IMG/VR virus record: IMGVR_UViG_3300042975_000100
Coordinates: 64,001-128,000 of that record
Direction: 5' to 3' (one strand)
Length of the DNA stretch: 64,000 nt
Source of the DNA: a virus
Lineage: Duplodnaviria > Caudoviricetes
The notes under the pieces were generated by a model that saw only the letters and a program-made list of their open reading frames with translations, was not told the origin of the DNA and did not search any database. Shown in pieces: positions 39,280-49,953 of the stretch (within the stretch, counting starts at the first letter, position 1; every line of letters begins with the position of its first letter). The position numbers and the translations under genes were made by a program.

Positions 39280-39654
39280 TTAACCAATGCTCGAATCACC
39301 TTCTGGTATGGTAGATCTCATAGTTTCAACTACCGGGATCTTGCCACTACCAATGCGTAAACCCATCTCCATCAACTTATTTAATGGAATCTCAATGACG
39401 TAGCAACGCGTCTTGATCTTTACATGCCCTTTCTCGAATTCTTCCAAAACATAGAATCCCTGCTTATCATGCTTCAATGTAGCACTATAAGGACGATGGC
39501 CATTGGCAGCGGCCGTCATCAATTCCATCTTTTCTTTACTGCAGAAGTAACTAACTTGATCTCTATCAAGATCAACCACTCCAACTTCTCTAGAGGAATT
39601 ACCTCCTTCAAACTTATAAGATGCCGTAATACCAATAAATAATGAGTCTAGCAT
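39280..39654 (-). CDS. Hypothetical protein (paralogue of 39671-40036)
   Basis: Shared FIGITA.YK...REV...D..G.YV. Confidence 0.6.
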   Translation of the reverse strand: MLDSLFIGITASYKFEGGNSSREVGVVDLDRDQVSYFCSKEKMELMTAAANGHRPYSATLKHDKQGFYVLEEFEKGHVKIKTRCYVIEIPLNKLMEMGLRIGSGKIPVVETMRSTIPEGDSSIG

Positions 39655-39670
39655 ATATCAACTCTCCCTT

Positions 39671-40036
39671 TTAGATTTTTGGAATAATTCCCTGCTTTAT
39701 ACTAAAATTGATCTTAGCAAGTTTAGCAGAACTAATCCGAATAACAGATCTACGATATTTTATTACTGAATCGAATTTCTCCACAACCACGTATATACCG
39801 AGTTCATCTTTTTCCACAGAAACTTTTGTATCGGTATCATTAAATCCATACATAGCCGCAATGTGTATTTGCTCTTCCCTAAAGATCTCAGCTAAACTGT
39901 TGAATGCCTCCTCTGAAATAAATAGTTTGGCGGCTTCTTCGCTGTCAATAGTAGAGCTTAATACTTCTCTATCAGTCTTTCCATCCATGGAAACTTTATA
40001 GATAGCCGTTATACCAATAAATACATCCGAATACAT
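39671..40036 (-). CDS. Hypothetical protein (paralogue of 39280-39654)
   Basis: As above. Confidence 0.6.
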   Translation of the reverse strand: MYSDVFIGITAIYKVSMDGKTDREVLSSTIDSEEAAKLFISEEAFNSLAEIFREEQIHIAAMYGFNDTDTKVSVEKDELGIYVVVEKFDSVIKYRRSVIRISSAKLAKINFSIKQGIIPKI

Positions 40037-40552
40037 TTACTTATTTTCCTCCTTAGATTTGCCAATTACATCCATAAGTATATGATTACATTGGGAGATT
40101 GTCTTTCCTCCAAGTATCATCATCTCATATGCACGAAGACGTACTACCTCTGCAGTGTTATCGCTTTGCCCATGCAGTTCTTTATCGAGATATTCCATTG
40201 CTGGATACTTATACACAGAGAAGTCTCTGTAATCCTGTTTAGGAAATCCCTCAAACTTAGGATACGGAATCTCTTTGCAAAGCAGACCAAGCATCTTGAT
40301 CTGTTTATTAAAGTATTCCATCTGCTCTTTATTCTGTATCACATGTACATGGGAAAGGTTCACTCTTTCTGCATGCAAAGCAAGTAATTCTTTGGAAATG
40401 CGTTTCCTATTCTCAAGAATCTTTGGGCTGCAGTCCAGAGCTTTCATAGCTATCTTATCCTCTGCTACCATTTCGATAGACTCTTTTCTAAAAGCTTCTA
40501 CCTTTTCTTTTGCCAAGTATTTAATTGCGTTTTTCATTTTAATCTCCTCCAA
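40037..40552 (-). CDS. Hypothetical protein
   Basis: ORF in operon. Confidence 0.6.
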   Translation of the reverse strand: MEEIKMKNAIKYLAKEKVEAFRKESIEMVAEDKIAMKALDCSPKILENRKRISKELLALHAERVNLSHVHVIQNKEQMEYFNKQIKMLGLLCKEIPYPKFEGFPKQDYRDFSVYKYPAMEYLDKELHGQSDNTAEVVRLRAYEMMILGGKTISQCNHILMDVIGKSKEENK

Positions 40553-41584
40553 TTATCTGTTTACACTCTTCTTATTTTTTACCTTGATTCCCATAGCTCC
40601 ATAGATATCTATGATTCTGGAATAGAAGTCCCTTCTTTCCCTATATAACTTATTAGCCAGCTCATGAACATTCATGTCCGAAGAGTCATAGTATTCTTTA
40701 AAAGTAATGATAGGAAACTTCTTAGGACCCTCTAGGTATATAATTCCATAGAAATTACTACTTATGCGGCTAGAAAGATATACCATTCTTTTTACCTGAT
40801 TGAGGATGTTTGAATTACCTCCCTCTTCTTCAACAAACAAAAATTTGCATGCATTGTAAGTCGGTAAATCTATCAAGCAATCTTTTTCTCTATTATACTT
40901 ATTTAAAGCCTGATAAAAGAGCTCATAAGACTTTCTACCATAGTCATGTAATAGGGTTGGATTTCCTTGTGGATCTTTTATAACGATAAAAGGCTCACAT
41001 TGGTCAACTATATCCAAAAATTCATTTTTATACCAACAACTGTATGCATAATACATATAACTCTCGAGATATATGCGTTGAATCTCATCTAGCGATTCAG
41101 AAAATGCTACGAATAAATTCTTGAACAGTAGCTCTGTACGCTCCTGAAGTTCTTCTTCCGGTATGCTAAGCTGATATTTCTTTATTAGCAAACGGCAGAA
41201 TTTATACTTAATCCAGAATTGAGTCTTTTCCTCGACCTCTGCTATCTTAGCTTTTCTGGCTTCCATAGCTTTTCTGATTTTCTCACGCTTTGAGCGAGCT
41301 TCCTGCTCCTTTTTATCCCTAATATACAAATCGTAGCCAACTTTGTTAATCGCTTCAACTTTGCTTAATGCCTTATAATATCTATCCTTTCTGGTTTCAT
41401 ATTTAGATGATACTATTGGGTCACCTTCTTCATAGATAATACCATTGTCTTTCAATACTTGAATCGTGTCAATATTCTTTGGATCAATAGCTTGGTCGAT
41501 TATCAGTTCAGACGGGAACTCATACTGGCCTTTCATAAATTCATACGGGTCGATATTTCTGTCAAAAATCTTACTATCAAGCAT
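40553..41584 (-). CDS. Hypothetical protein
   Basis: 343 aa, TATATATTATA motif upstream. Confidence 0.6.
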   Translation of the reverse strand: MLDSKIFDRNIDPYEFMKGQYEFPSELIIDQAIDPKNIDTIQVLKDNGIIYEEGDPIVSSKYETRKDRYYKALSKVEAINKVGYDLYIRDKKEQEARSKREKIRKAMEARKAKIAEVEEKTQFWIKYKFCRLLIKKYQLSIPEEELQERTELLFKNLFVAFSESLDEIQRIYLESYMYYAYSCWYKNEFLDIVDQCEPFIVIKDPQGNPTLLHDYGRKSYELFYQALNKYNREKDCLIDLPTYNACKFLFVEEEGGNSNILNQVKRMVYLSSRISSNFYGIIYLEGPKKFPIITFKEYYDSSDMNVHELANKLYRERRDFYSRIIDIYGAMGIKVKNKKSVNR

Positions 41585-41800
41585 TTACAATCTTCCTTTC
41601 ATCTTTATATTCAAAACACCTATCAAAGTTATAATATATAACTCTTATTATCTAGATTTACACTTTTCTATGATACTGAGTCTAAAGTGAGAAAAAATAA
41701 ACACGGTCATTATCTATGATACGAAGTTGATCGTTCATCTCGATCTCCGAACAATTCCTTCCTTTCGTTGTAATAATATATAATCAAGACTTACGAGTTT

Positions 41801-41812
41801 GACATTTTACTA
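41801..41812 (+). promoter_or_regulatory. Putative middle/late (non-virion RNAP) promoter DACW-N6-TA; representative of ~17 sites
   Basis: + strand: 8664, 10978, 41801, 59507; - strand: 3979, 7075, 10916, 14964, 22807, 34775, 36986, 38077, 39250, 45818, 50819, 62207, 63396; same spacing as the AR9 late promoter AACA-N6-TA. Confidence 0.7.
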
Positions 41813-41827
41813 AAGGAGTGATTCTAA

Positions 41828-42994
41828 ATGTTCGTTCAACCGATTGATGAAGCATACTTTGGAAAGACTAAAGAGATCTTAGACATAGAGTATGCAATTA
41901 GAGATATACGAAATAAGTTCAAATTCAAGAAAGATGGATATACCGAAGAGAATCTTAAGAAGGTTCTTGATAGTAAGCTGTATGAAAAGTTTACTACCGC
42001 TATCAAGAAAGCATTCGGATTCAAAGAGGTGTATGGCGGCTTTGATACCGATCAGTATATGAACTGCTATACCTATCCTATCAGAGAAGAAAAGTACGGT
42101 CTGATGCAGGATAGATTTGAAGTAAAAGGAAAGAGTATTAAATTCAAACCAGAGCTTAAAGCGGTAACTATGATAGTTGCTACAGCTCCTTTGTTCTTTA
42201 CTGATAAACTTACGAATGCAGAACTCACAGCTATCTTTCTGCATGAGATAGGTCATAGCTTTAAACAGGCCGTTATTCCGGTAGAGACTTGCCTTGACAT
42301 ACTCAGAGATTCTCTTGGCTCTGTAATCTTCAATTTCCTATCGGCTACCAAGCATACGATGAAGGAATTAGAGAAGAATCCATTCAATGCTATTACAAAT
42401 CTTGGAGCTATTATAAAAGCTTCTCCAGAAGCGAAGGAACGTACGCGTAAAAGATGGCCTAGCTTATTTGAAAAGGTTCTTAGAGGATTTAAGAATACAT
42501 CCAGTGGATCTATGTATATTGACGAGAAGTTTGCTGATCAGTTCGCAGCAATGTTCGGTTATGGAGTAGAGCTTAATTCTGCTCTGATCAAGATAGACTA
42601 TGATCGTAAGGATATCAAAGGAGCTCCGGTTCTTAACTTCCTCAATACATTTGCAGGACTGATTGATCTTTCATTAGATCTGATGCTTGATTGCCATCCA
42701 TTCATTGGAGCTAGGCTTAAGTCTACAGTAAACGTATTACAGCGTGAAATAGATAAGAATAGCACCCTTCCAGATTCTGAGAAGAAAAGACTCAAGAAGC
42801 AGATTGACTCCATCAATCTTCTTGCTTTGCAGTATCAGAATCTTGATAAGACCTCTAACTATTCTATGGCCAAAAAGATGTATTTTCAGTTCATCTACAA
42901 TAACCTTAAGGACGGAGATGTATTTTCCAAGTTCCTGGTTGGTGCCTATAACCTTGAATTAGTAGACCAAAAAATAAGAGATGCAACAAAATAG
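41828..42994 (+). CDS. Zinc metallopeptidase-like protein (HExxH), probably virion-associated
   Basis: LHEIGHSF, downstream EKFADQFA..GYG and HP..RL (M48-like); GACA-N6-TA promoter. Confidence 0.7.
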   Translation: MFVQPIDEAYFGKTKEILDIEYAIRDIRNKFKFKKDGYTEENLKKVLDSKLYEKFTTAIKKAFGFKEVYGGFDTDQYMNCYTYPIREEKYGLMQDRFEVKGKSIKFKPELKAVTMIVATAPLFFTDKLTNAELTAIFLHEIGHSFKQAVIPVETCLDILRDSLGSVIFNFLSATKHTMKELEKNPFNAITNLGAIIKASPEAKERTRKRWPSLFEKVLRGFKNTSSGSMYIDEKFADQFAAMFGYGVELNSALIKIDYDRKDIKGAPVLNFLNTFAGLIDLSLDLMLDCHPFIGARLKSTVNVLQREIDKNSTLPDSEKKRLKKQIDSINLLALQYQNLDKTSNYSMAKKMYFQFIYNNLKDGDVFSKFLVGAYNLELVDQKIRDATK

Positions 42995-43001
42995 AGTTAT
43001 G

Positions 43002-43026
43002 CCCCTTACCCACCACGGGTAAGGGG
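43002..43026. terminator. Bidirectional terminator
   Basis: CCCCTTACCC-ACCAC-GGGTAAGGGG between convergent genes. Confidence 0.75.
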
Positions 43027-43047
43027 TTTAAACTCGTCAAATTGAAA

Positions 43048-43926
43048 TTACTTGATCGTAGGATGAATAGTCCAATTCACATTGGAGTATGTGAACGTTA
43101 CATCAATCCCATATTTCTTTTTAATCTCATTTACTACTCTTTGCGGAGTAGCATCGCAAACTACAACAGAATAGTTCCCATAATGGATTTTAGGCATATG
43201 GTTAAATGATGTAGGTCCATAATACTTATAGCGACCAATGCGTGGGGTAAAATAAATTCTGTCACCTTTTTCATCTATAGTGAAGCATGTATCTCCATTA
43301 ATCACAGGAGTGCCACTATCACGATATATAGCAAATGAAGATTCTGGCCATTTGGCATTTACATGGCACCCTATATTCATACCATGTTTAATGAAAAAGA
43401 GATCATCACTATTCTTAATAACTAAATCTCCATTGTCTTTAAATTCGATCTCTACTTCTTTCTTCATCTCTTTTGGCACAGGACTGCTAACTCGGTAAGA
43501 TTTTCTATCCGCTTCCCTGATAGATTCTTTTACCGATTCTTTCTCATCTTCTTCTTTCATAATGCTATCAACGAACTTAGCAGACGTACTAACAACGGAA
43601 TCGGCGAGTACGTCTGAAACCACACCAGCTGTAGTTGGTACCAATTGTGATACAGCATTATGTAATTTTGCTTTGAAGCTAAGTTTGATATCAGAATCAT
43701 TAATTTTTGAAATCATCTTGCTTGCTAATGAAGCGGCTTCATACTCGTTATCCAATCCGGATAATAAATCACATAACTCTGGCAGGGCAACCAGACGCTC
43801 TATAAATTTCCCTATCACTTCTCCGTACACATTGGTTTCTTCTTTGAGTTTCTTTACATCACCGCTGATAAAATACATACCAATTTTCATTTCCAGTTCT
43901 TGTCTTTTGTTCAACTTCATTTTCAA
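43048..43926 (-). CDS. Hypothetical protein
   Basis: 292 aa, GGGAGG RBS, long structured leader. Confidence 0.65.
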   Translation of the reverse strand: MKMKLNKRQELEMKIGMYFISGDVKKLKEETNVYGEVIGKFIERLVALPELCDLLSGLDNEYEAASLASKMISKINDSDIKLSFKAKLHNAVSQLVPTTAGVVSDVLADSVVSTSAKFVDSIMKEEDEKESVKESIREADRKSYRVSSPVPKEMKKEVEIEFKDNGDLVIKNSDDLFFIKHGMNIGCHVNAKWPESSFAIYRDSGTPVINGDTCFTIDEKGDRIYFTPRIGRYKYYGPTSFNHMPKIHYGNYSVVVCDATPQRVVNEIKKKYGIDVTFTYSNVNWTIHPTIK

Positions 43927-44111
43927 ATCCTCCCAAAAAGTTTGTTTATCAAGCTACATAATCAACATTATAGTGAGTAGATTCCCGTAGCTGCTCAATG
44001 GCATTCTGTTGTTTCAACTATTCCCTATCTACGCACTCCCGCTAGCTACCCTGGGCTAGTGGGAGTTCGGTGTGACAGATATTTATTTATACAACTTATG
44101 TCATTCATCAT

Positions 44112-44122
44112 TATAATATATA
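44112..44122 (-). promoter_or_regulatory. Putative early (virion RNAP) promoter motif TATATATTATA; representative of ~18 sites, all on the minus strand
   Basis: Sites near 4327, 7636, 15972, 28396, 30784, 33413, 38128, 41630, 41772, 44112, 46206, 46557, 47045, 49557, 52237, 55814, 57750, 59527, almost all just upstream of a minus-strand gene; resembles phiKZ/AR9 early motifs. Confidence 0.75.
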
Positions 44123-44178
44123 ACTGAAAAGACACAGTTTAACCCACTACTCATTACGAGTAGTGGGATATATTTTGT

Positions 44179-44547
44179 TTACTGCTCAGTTAAAGGACTA
44201 CCAGTCTGATAGTCATACCTGATATGAATTTCATACTCATCAGGAATCCAATTATCTATAATAGCTTCTACGTTCCTAGCTATCTCTTTAGATTCTTCAT
44301 GATTGGATACATAGAATCTAAGAGAAGCATGTTTATCATGCTTAAACTTAAGACCTAAATCCATACAGAAGAACTTTACTTTTACTCCGTCAACTAAAGC
44401 CTTCCTTGGAATATTATACATACGCACTGTCATCAATGCATTCTTAAATGGAGATTCACTAGCTCCTCTGCATTGCTTGCAAAATACTCTAGGTATACGT
44501 GAAAATACATACTTCGAAACAGTGTGTTGAAAATCTCTAGCAGCCAA
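44179..44547 (-). CDS. Hypothetical protein with CxxC
   Basis: ORF with GGGGAAG RBS. Confidence 0.55.
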   Translation of the reverse strand: MAARDFQHTVSKYVFSRIPRVFCKQCRGASESPFKNALMTVRMYNIPRKALVDGVKVKFFCMDLGLKFKHDKHASLRFYVSNHEESKEIARNVEAIIDNWIPDEYEIHIRYDYQTGSPLTEQ

Positions 44548-44621
44548 TACTAGCTTCCCCCTTGTTTGTAGTTGCTCCCCATATACGTTCTTTACGTAAA
44601 AGTTTACATAGTTTTAACTTT

Positions 44622-45799
44622 TTACTTATTAGCGTTATGAGTTATAAGAGTAAAGTATAATAGAATAGCTCTATTATAACTATTCTTAGTAGGCTCTCTA
44701 TGCTTTCTCTTTCTATAGGAAACGGAGTTATCCTCCAACCATCCCTCTATGATTGCACGCATTCTAAGAATATGAGGATCTTTAGTATTAGGCTTTGGAG
44801 CGATAGTAAAGGTTATGAACCTAATATCGGTAACATCCTTTCTAGGATCTTTCTCGAAGTACGTATATACCAAGAGACGAATAAGCTCTTTGATTTCAAG
44901 ATTATACTCTTTCTTACCAATGATAGCTTCGATTATATTCTTGATCTCTTCAGTCTTTACATTAGAATCAGCGCACATCTTGCATGTCTTATAATCTACA
45001 GATGCTGTATTAACACGCTGCATAGCTTTCTCTATGAATCTTTCAGCCTTTAAAGAATCAGAATCCGCCAGATGATAATCTCCCTGATCAAATGAATCAG
45101 AATCATATGTCATATAATCCTTATTCTCATAAGCCTTATAGTACAGAGTTGCGATATTCTTCATGAATGTCTTTATACGGTCATGTAACTGCTGTATCAG
45201 ATATACTATATCTTCATCTTCAAATTCCTTGAAACGTCTCTCATATGAACTCATCCACGTTATACCAAACTTCTTGATAGTTCCAAATACAGATCCTTCT
45301 GTTTTCAGATAGAACTTCTCAGAAAGCATATTGTTTACAACGAATTCCATTACATGACGATACTCACTTGGTGGTACTTTAGGGAAAGACATGTAGTGAA
45401 TAGAAGGATAGAACTTGCCAGAGAATGCGAGATATATCATAGCTAATTCTGCATTCTTCTTATCTCTCTTCTTAATGAAGTAACGTACTACGCACATCAT
45501 AAGAATAGTAAGTTCATCCTTAGCAGCTCTAGGATTGAATGCTGGAATAGGATAGAAGTAAGTTTGCTGAATAGTCTTAGATACAGTTTCTCTATCTATT
45601 CCTACTGCAGAAAACATAGCTTCTGCATCATCTTCGCTATAGTAAATTCTATCACAAGGGCAAGTATCAAATATATATTGATTACGATCATTGATGAACT
45701 TTTCTACTAAGCGCTTAAATTTATTCGTGTTACGAGCAAGCAAAGCATCGACCTTAGGACAGAGCCCGATACGATGACTTTAGTGTTTGATTTACTCAT
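44622..45799 (-). CDS. Helical hypothetical protein; the apparent true start (MSKSNTK, 45799) is out of frame by 1 nt
   Basis: GGAGGT RBS + GACA-N6-TA upstream of ATG 45799; frame restored by adding one G at TCGGGCTC. Confidence 0.6.
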
Positions 45800-45927
45800 T
45801 GTAAGTGCACCTCCAATTACCCTAATGTCGAACCATCCAATTATAAATTTTTAGCATAGTTACATAAAAAATAAAGGGAGGAGTTGCTTCGGCTGTCTCC
45901 CTTTAGAAAACCTTCTGTGCAAAGGTT

Positions 45928-46107
45928 TTACATAGCTGCCATACGGCAGCGGGTAGCCAATCCGGTTTCGGATTGCTGCCACTTGTTTATACCCTCATCC
46001 ATGAGAGCGCAGAGTATTTCATCTGTGGTGCTTTCAGGATGATTGGCCTTGTATGAGTCGGTATGTGAACCTATATACTCGGCCAAAAAGCTTGGATAAT
46101 CAGGCAT
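45928..46107 (-). CDS. Unannotated 59-aa protein (MPDYPSFLAEYIGSHTDSYKANHPEST...)
   Basis: ATG after AGAGGTGA RBS of leader copy 2. Confidence 0.6.
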   Translation of the reverse strand: MPDYPSFLAEYIGSHTDSYKANHPESTTDEILCALMDEGINKWQQSETGLATRCRMAAM

Positions 46108-46110
46108 GAT

Positions 46111-46225
46111 TTGTCACCTCTCTTCCTAGAATCGTGACAGCAGATATCCCTCTACCACTGCTATGGTAGAGGGATTTTCTGTGCTACGTATTCTTTATTC
46201 ACCTATATTATATATATAACTGAAA
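46111..46225 (-). repeat. Structured 5' leader cassette, copy 2
   Basis: Near-identical to 4233-4345. Confidence 0.8.
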
Positions 46226-46359
46226 TATGAGATAATGACAATATTTAGGTCTCTAGCCATCCTAGCTAGAGACCTGTATATATGTGCACACTTCCTAGGA
46301 AGATTACCTTGATGTAGAAAAAAAGAAAGCAGCGTACTATACGCTGCTCCCTGTTTCAG

Positions 46360-46479
46360 TTAAGCTATTACGCTCCACTGAAACAGGACCTGATCTTTTG
46401 CAGAGAGAAGAGGATACACCTCTTCGTAGGTATAACCACCACGGGTTACCATCTCCACCGCCTGATCTACTGTAATCAT
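46360..46479 (-). CDS. 39-aa protein (MITVDQAVEMVTRGGY...)
   Basis: Perfect AAGGAGGTGA RBS, own TATATATTATA promoter and terminator. Confidence 0.6.
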   Translation of the reverse strand: MITVDQAVEMVTRGGYTYEEVYPLLSAKDQVLFQWSVIA

Positions 46480-46655
46480 TGTATCACCTCCTTTAATTGC
46501 TACACTTATTACTATGCAGAACCAGAATTGATTCTCGCTTTTATCTCTATCACTGATATAATATATAGTCAAAATACTTTAGTCTAACAGATCTTCTATG
46601 TTCCTTAATGACAAAAAAAAGAAAGTCCATAATGGACTTTCTTCTTAGAGATCTA

Positions 46656-46976
46656 TTAAGCAGCTTTAGGCATACTCTTATAGATCTCATCTATACAGCG
46701 GCGAGTCAGGTAGCCACCATAGCGACCATTATCCTCTACGGATATATGATCGCTATTAAAGTTACATCTGCTTGAATAGCTCTTATACTTAAGAGATCTA
46801 AGTATAAGAGAACTAATCAAACTAATTTCGAAGTTAACGAACGTAAGCAGAACATCCACATCCTGTTTCTTATCTATAACTCTTACCTGACCATTGACGA
46901 CTGTGTAGCCATCTTTGTTTATCGATGTATAGGTGCTCTTACTAATTTCTAATTTAACCATGATTAAATCCTCCAT
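46656..46976 (-). CDS. Hypothetical protein
   Basis: ORF with promoter motif upstream. Confidence 0.55.
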   Translation of the reverse strand: MEDLIMVKLEISKSTYTSINKDGYTVVNGQVRVIDKKQDVDVLLTFVNFEISLISSLILRSLKYKSYSSRCNFNSDHISVEDNGRYGGYLTRRCIDEIYKSMPKAA

Positions 46977-47121
46977 TTAAAGTTATATATTATTAGACTC
47001 ATTACTTGTTTAGGAATAAAGTGATCTCTACTTCATTCACTACAATTATATATAGTCAAAATTTCGGACTTTTACAAAAAATAAAAGAGAGCTCGCAATG
47101 AGCTCTCTTCTATATATTGCT

Positions 47122-49515
47122 TTATACCTTGATTACACTCTTCAGTTCACCAGCCAATGGCTTCTCACCAGCACTAATGCTAGAACCATCTCTAATCTCC
47201 CCAGCTTTCAACTCCAACGTAGCATAGTTAGAGTTCTCAAGCTGAATGATAGTCTCTGGTTTGCAGATAAGAATACGTTTGATTCTATCTGTCTTTCCGA
47301 GCTTGATTACAGCACTTCCAGACTTACCACGGCTAGACCGCATATTAGCATCCAATGGCAGTTTATTAATACGACCGTTCTTTGTAACAACGACCATATT
47401 CGTAGCTCCTGGATATATGCATTCCATACCATCAATATCATGACTTGTTCTCATACCAGAATAGCCCTTAGTGGTTCTTCTGATATAAGGAGCCTCTTCT
47501 CCAGAGAGTCTAATAGCCTTATTATGAGAATAGATCAGCAGATCAAATTCTGCAGGCATGAATACTATATCCTTTACATAGTCTCCTTCATCAAGCTTGC
47601 AATACACAAGGCCTTTGTTAGAAGGAACATCGATAAAGTCATCCATATCCATTCTCTTAAGATAGCTATCATTGCTGATCGTATACACATAGTATTTGAT
47701 CTTCGGATTTGATGCCATAGCCTGAAGACTAGACTTAGGAATAGCGCATGCGATATCCGCAGTCAATCCATTGATCATAACTTTGATATCCATTCCGGCT
47801 GTTCCTTTCGGAGAGAATGGAATCTTATGCACTGGGTATTCGAATACTTTACCAGTAGCCCCAAAGATAGTGATACTATCCCTATTATCAATAGGAATAA
47901 TGAACTTCTCTCTATCACCGCCAAGTGATCCGATACGCTCATTGATATCTACCTTCTTGATATGGTTATTCTCAGTAATTACTACCTTGAACATACCACC
48001 CGGAATCTGAGATGCTTCTTCTCTGGAGATAACACGACTACGTCTAGGACAGCCATAACGCTTATTAATCTCCTTGAGTTCTTCCTCGATCTCTTTATCG
48101 AGTTCTTCAGTATGGGTAACTTTGTAGAAATACAGATCAGCTTTCTGCTTCTCTTCTTTCACAAGTTCTTCATACTTCTTCATATACCCAAGACTCAATT
48201 TCTTGAATCCAAGATCCAGAAGGAACTTTGCCTGAAGTGGAGTTACTTTCAAGCTCTTCGTAAATGCTTCAATCATTTTTGCATCATCAGCTTTTTTCTG
48301 ATCATACACCTTATCCTGAATAGCACGAATCTTTCCAGACTTCATTGCGTAGAGATACAACTCATACTTATGGATATTCGTCTTAGATTCCTGAAGCTTA
48401 TTCGTATAAACACGGAATTTAGCTTCTCTACGTGCATTCAAGAAAAGATTAATGTAATGAGTATAACTCAAGAGAGCTGGACCCTTACCAAGAATAACTT
48501 CAAAATCGACCGGTACTGTAGATTCCATACTGGTCATATTGTATACCATTTCTCTTACATATGCAGGATCTGCCTCACGTTTCAGAACGATGTATACTTC
48601 GAAGTTCTCCTCTTTAGTCTTCTTGTCAAGTGTAGTATTATTGAGAATCTCATGAACCTGTGGCATCTTATTAGATTCAACAAGTTTCTCGATCTCCTCT
48701 TTAACCGTCTTAAAGAATACCCTATCCGGCATGGAGAGAACTTTCAGAGCTGGATATTTTCCGCCTCTACCATAATCCCACTCAGTGATCTCAAGCCGAC
48801 CACGAACCTTGAATTTACCTTTACCTGTATTACAGATATCTTTGAAGTTCGTAGCGATGATATCTGATCCCATGCAGTTATCAGGAATCAAGAATACCTG
48901 ATGGCGAGGATTATGAATAACTTTGATTGTCTCTGCAATTACCTCTGAGATATTATGCTTCGGAAGTTCCGTTACCATTCCCACTGCGATGCCACTCGTT
49001 CCATTAATCAAAAGATTAGGAACTGCTGCAGGGAAATATACCGGTTCTTTGCAACTATTGTCATAGTTGTTTCTCCAGTCTACGGATGACGAGGTTTCAT
49101 TCAATTCTGATACAATGCAATCTAATGCATAATCAGATAATGCTACCTCAGTATAACGTGCAGCTGACTGCTTATCGCCATACATACTACCATAACCACC
49201 CTGTGCCCTAATCAAAGGACAATAAATCTCAAACCAGTTTACCATAGGTTTGATCGCATCCTCTACAGATGCTGGGCCATGCGGATGATACTTACCGATT
49301 ACATGGCCTGATACTCGTGACGTTTTAATCGTCTTACAATTGTGCTTGTTCATATGAAAATCCTTGAATAATGAATACAGGATTCTACGATGAACATTCT
49401 TCAATCCATCAATAGGATTAGGCAATACACGATGCCTAACCAAATAGATGATGTACTCACTGTAATCCATATTATGCTGCTTAAGCATATTTACAGGAAT
49501 GATTTGTTCTGACAT
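47122..49515 (-). CDS. gyrA: Type IIA topoisomerase subunit A (GyrA/ParC-like)
   Basis: DGLKNVHRRIL, GKYHPHG, catalytic AARYTE, PNLLING..GIAVG, beta-pinwheel CTD. Confidence 0.93.
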   Translation of the reverse strand: MSEQIIPVNMLKQHNMDYSEYIIYLVRHRVLPNPIDGLKNVHRRILYSLFKDFHMNKHNCKTIKTSRVSGHVIGKYHPHGPASVEDAIKPMVNWFEIYCPLIRAQGGYGSMYGDKQSAARYTEVALSDYALDCIVSELNETSSSVDWRNNYDNSCKEPVYFPAAVPNLLINGTSGIAVGMVTELPKHNISEVIAETIKVIHNPRHQVFLIPDNCMGSDIIATNFKDICNTGKGKFKVRGRLEITEWDYGRGGKYPALKVLSMPDRVFFKTVKEEIEKLVESNKMPQVHEILNNTTLDKKTKEENFEVYIVLKREADPAYVREMVYNMTSMESTVPVDFEVILGKGPALLSYTHYINLFLNARREAKFRVYTNKLQESKTNIHKYELYLYAMKSGKIRAIQDKVYDQKKADDAKMIEAFTKSLKVTPLQAKFLLDLGFKKLSLGYMKKYEELVKEEKQKADLYFYKVTHTEELDKEIEEELKEINKRYGCPRRSRVISREEASQIPGGMFKVVITENNHIKKVDINERIGSLGGDREKFIIPIDNRDSITIFGATGKVFEYPVHKIPFSPKGTAGMDIKVMINGLTADIACAIPKSSLQAMASNPKIKYYVYTISNDSYLKRMDMDDFIDVPSNKGLVYCKLDEGDYVKDIVFMPAEFDLLIYSHNKAIRLSGEEAPYIRRTTKGYSGMRTSHDIDGMECIYPGATNMVVVTKNGRINKLPLDANMRSSRGKSGSAVIKLGKTDRIKRILICKPETIIQLENSNYATLELKAGEIRDGSSISAGEKPLAGELKSVIKV

Positions 49516-49580
49516 TAAACTCTAACTCCTTTTTGTATTTGGATTTCTTTCATATCTATAATATATAGCCAAGCTTCAGA

Positions 49581-49931
49581 TTATAAGCATAAAAGAAATG
49601 GAACCAGCGAAATGCCAATTAGAGCTATAGTCTTGCTGATTCTATCTCCTATAATCATAGCCCATAAAGCACCCTCTAACAATCCTATGACACTTGTGCT
49701 CAATCCATCTCCAAGTGATAAGGACTTATGTGCTACGCATATCATTATTGCAGATAACACACAACCACCCATAGACCAAAATAAACCACGATCTACATTC
49801 ATAAGCGTTCCAATTGCTATATATGTCCACCCAAATACCACGATAGGAAATAATGGATGCAACTGATATATTTGATCAAATAACATGTAATCACCTTTCG
49901 TATAGAAAAGTAAAAAAGAGTAGGAGATCAA
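49581..49931 (-). CDS. Small multi-pass membrane protein
   Basis: Three to four hydrophobic segments. Confidence 0.55.
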   Translation of the reverse strand: MISYSFLLFYTKGDYMLFDQIYQLHPLFPIVVFGWTYIAIGTLMNVDRGLFWSMGGCVLSAIMICVAHKSLSLGDGLSTSVIGLLEGALWAMIIGDRISKTIALIGISLVPFLLCL

Positions 49932-49953
49932 ACCCCTACTCTCTTATAATTTC

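Noticed and set aside
43980-44035. Cobalamin riboswitch (AGGGAA...GCCATTG...GGGAA)
   Set aside because: Lacks the GGUG/AAUCC core, CUGU and B12 box; resemblance is fragmentary.
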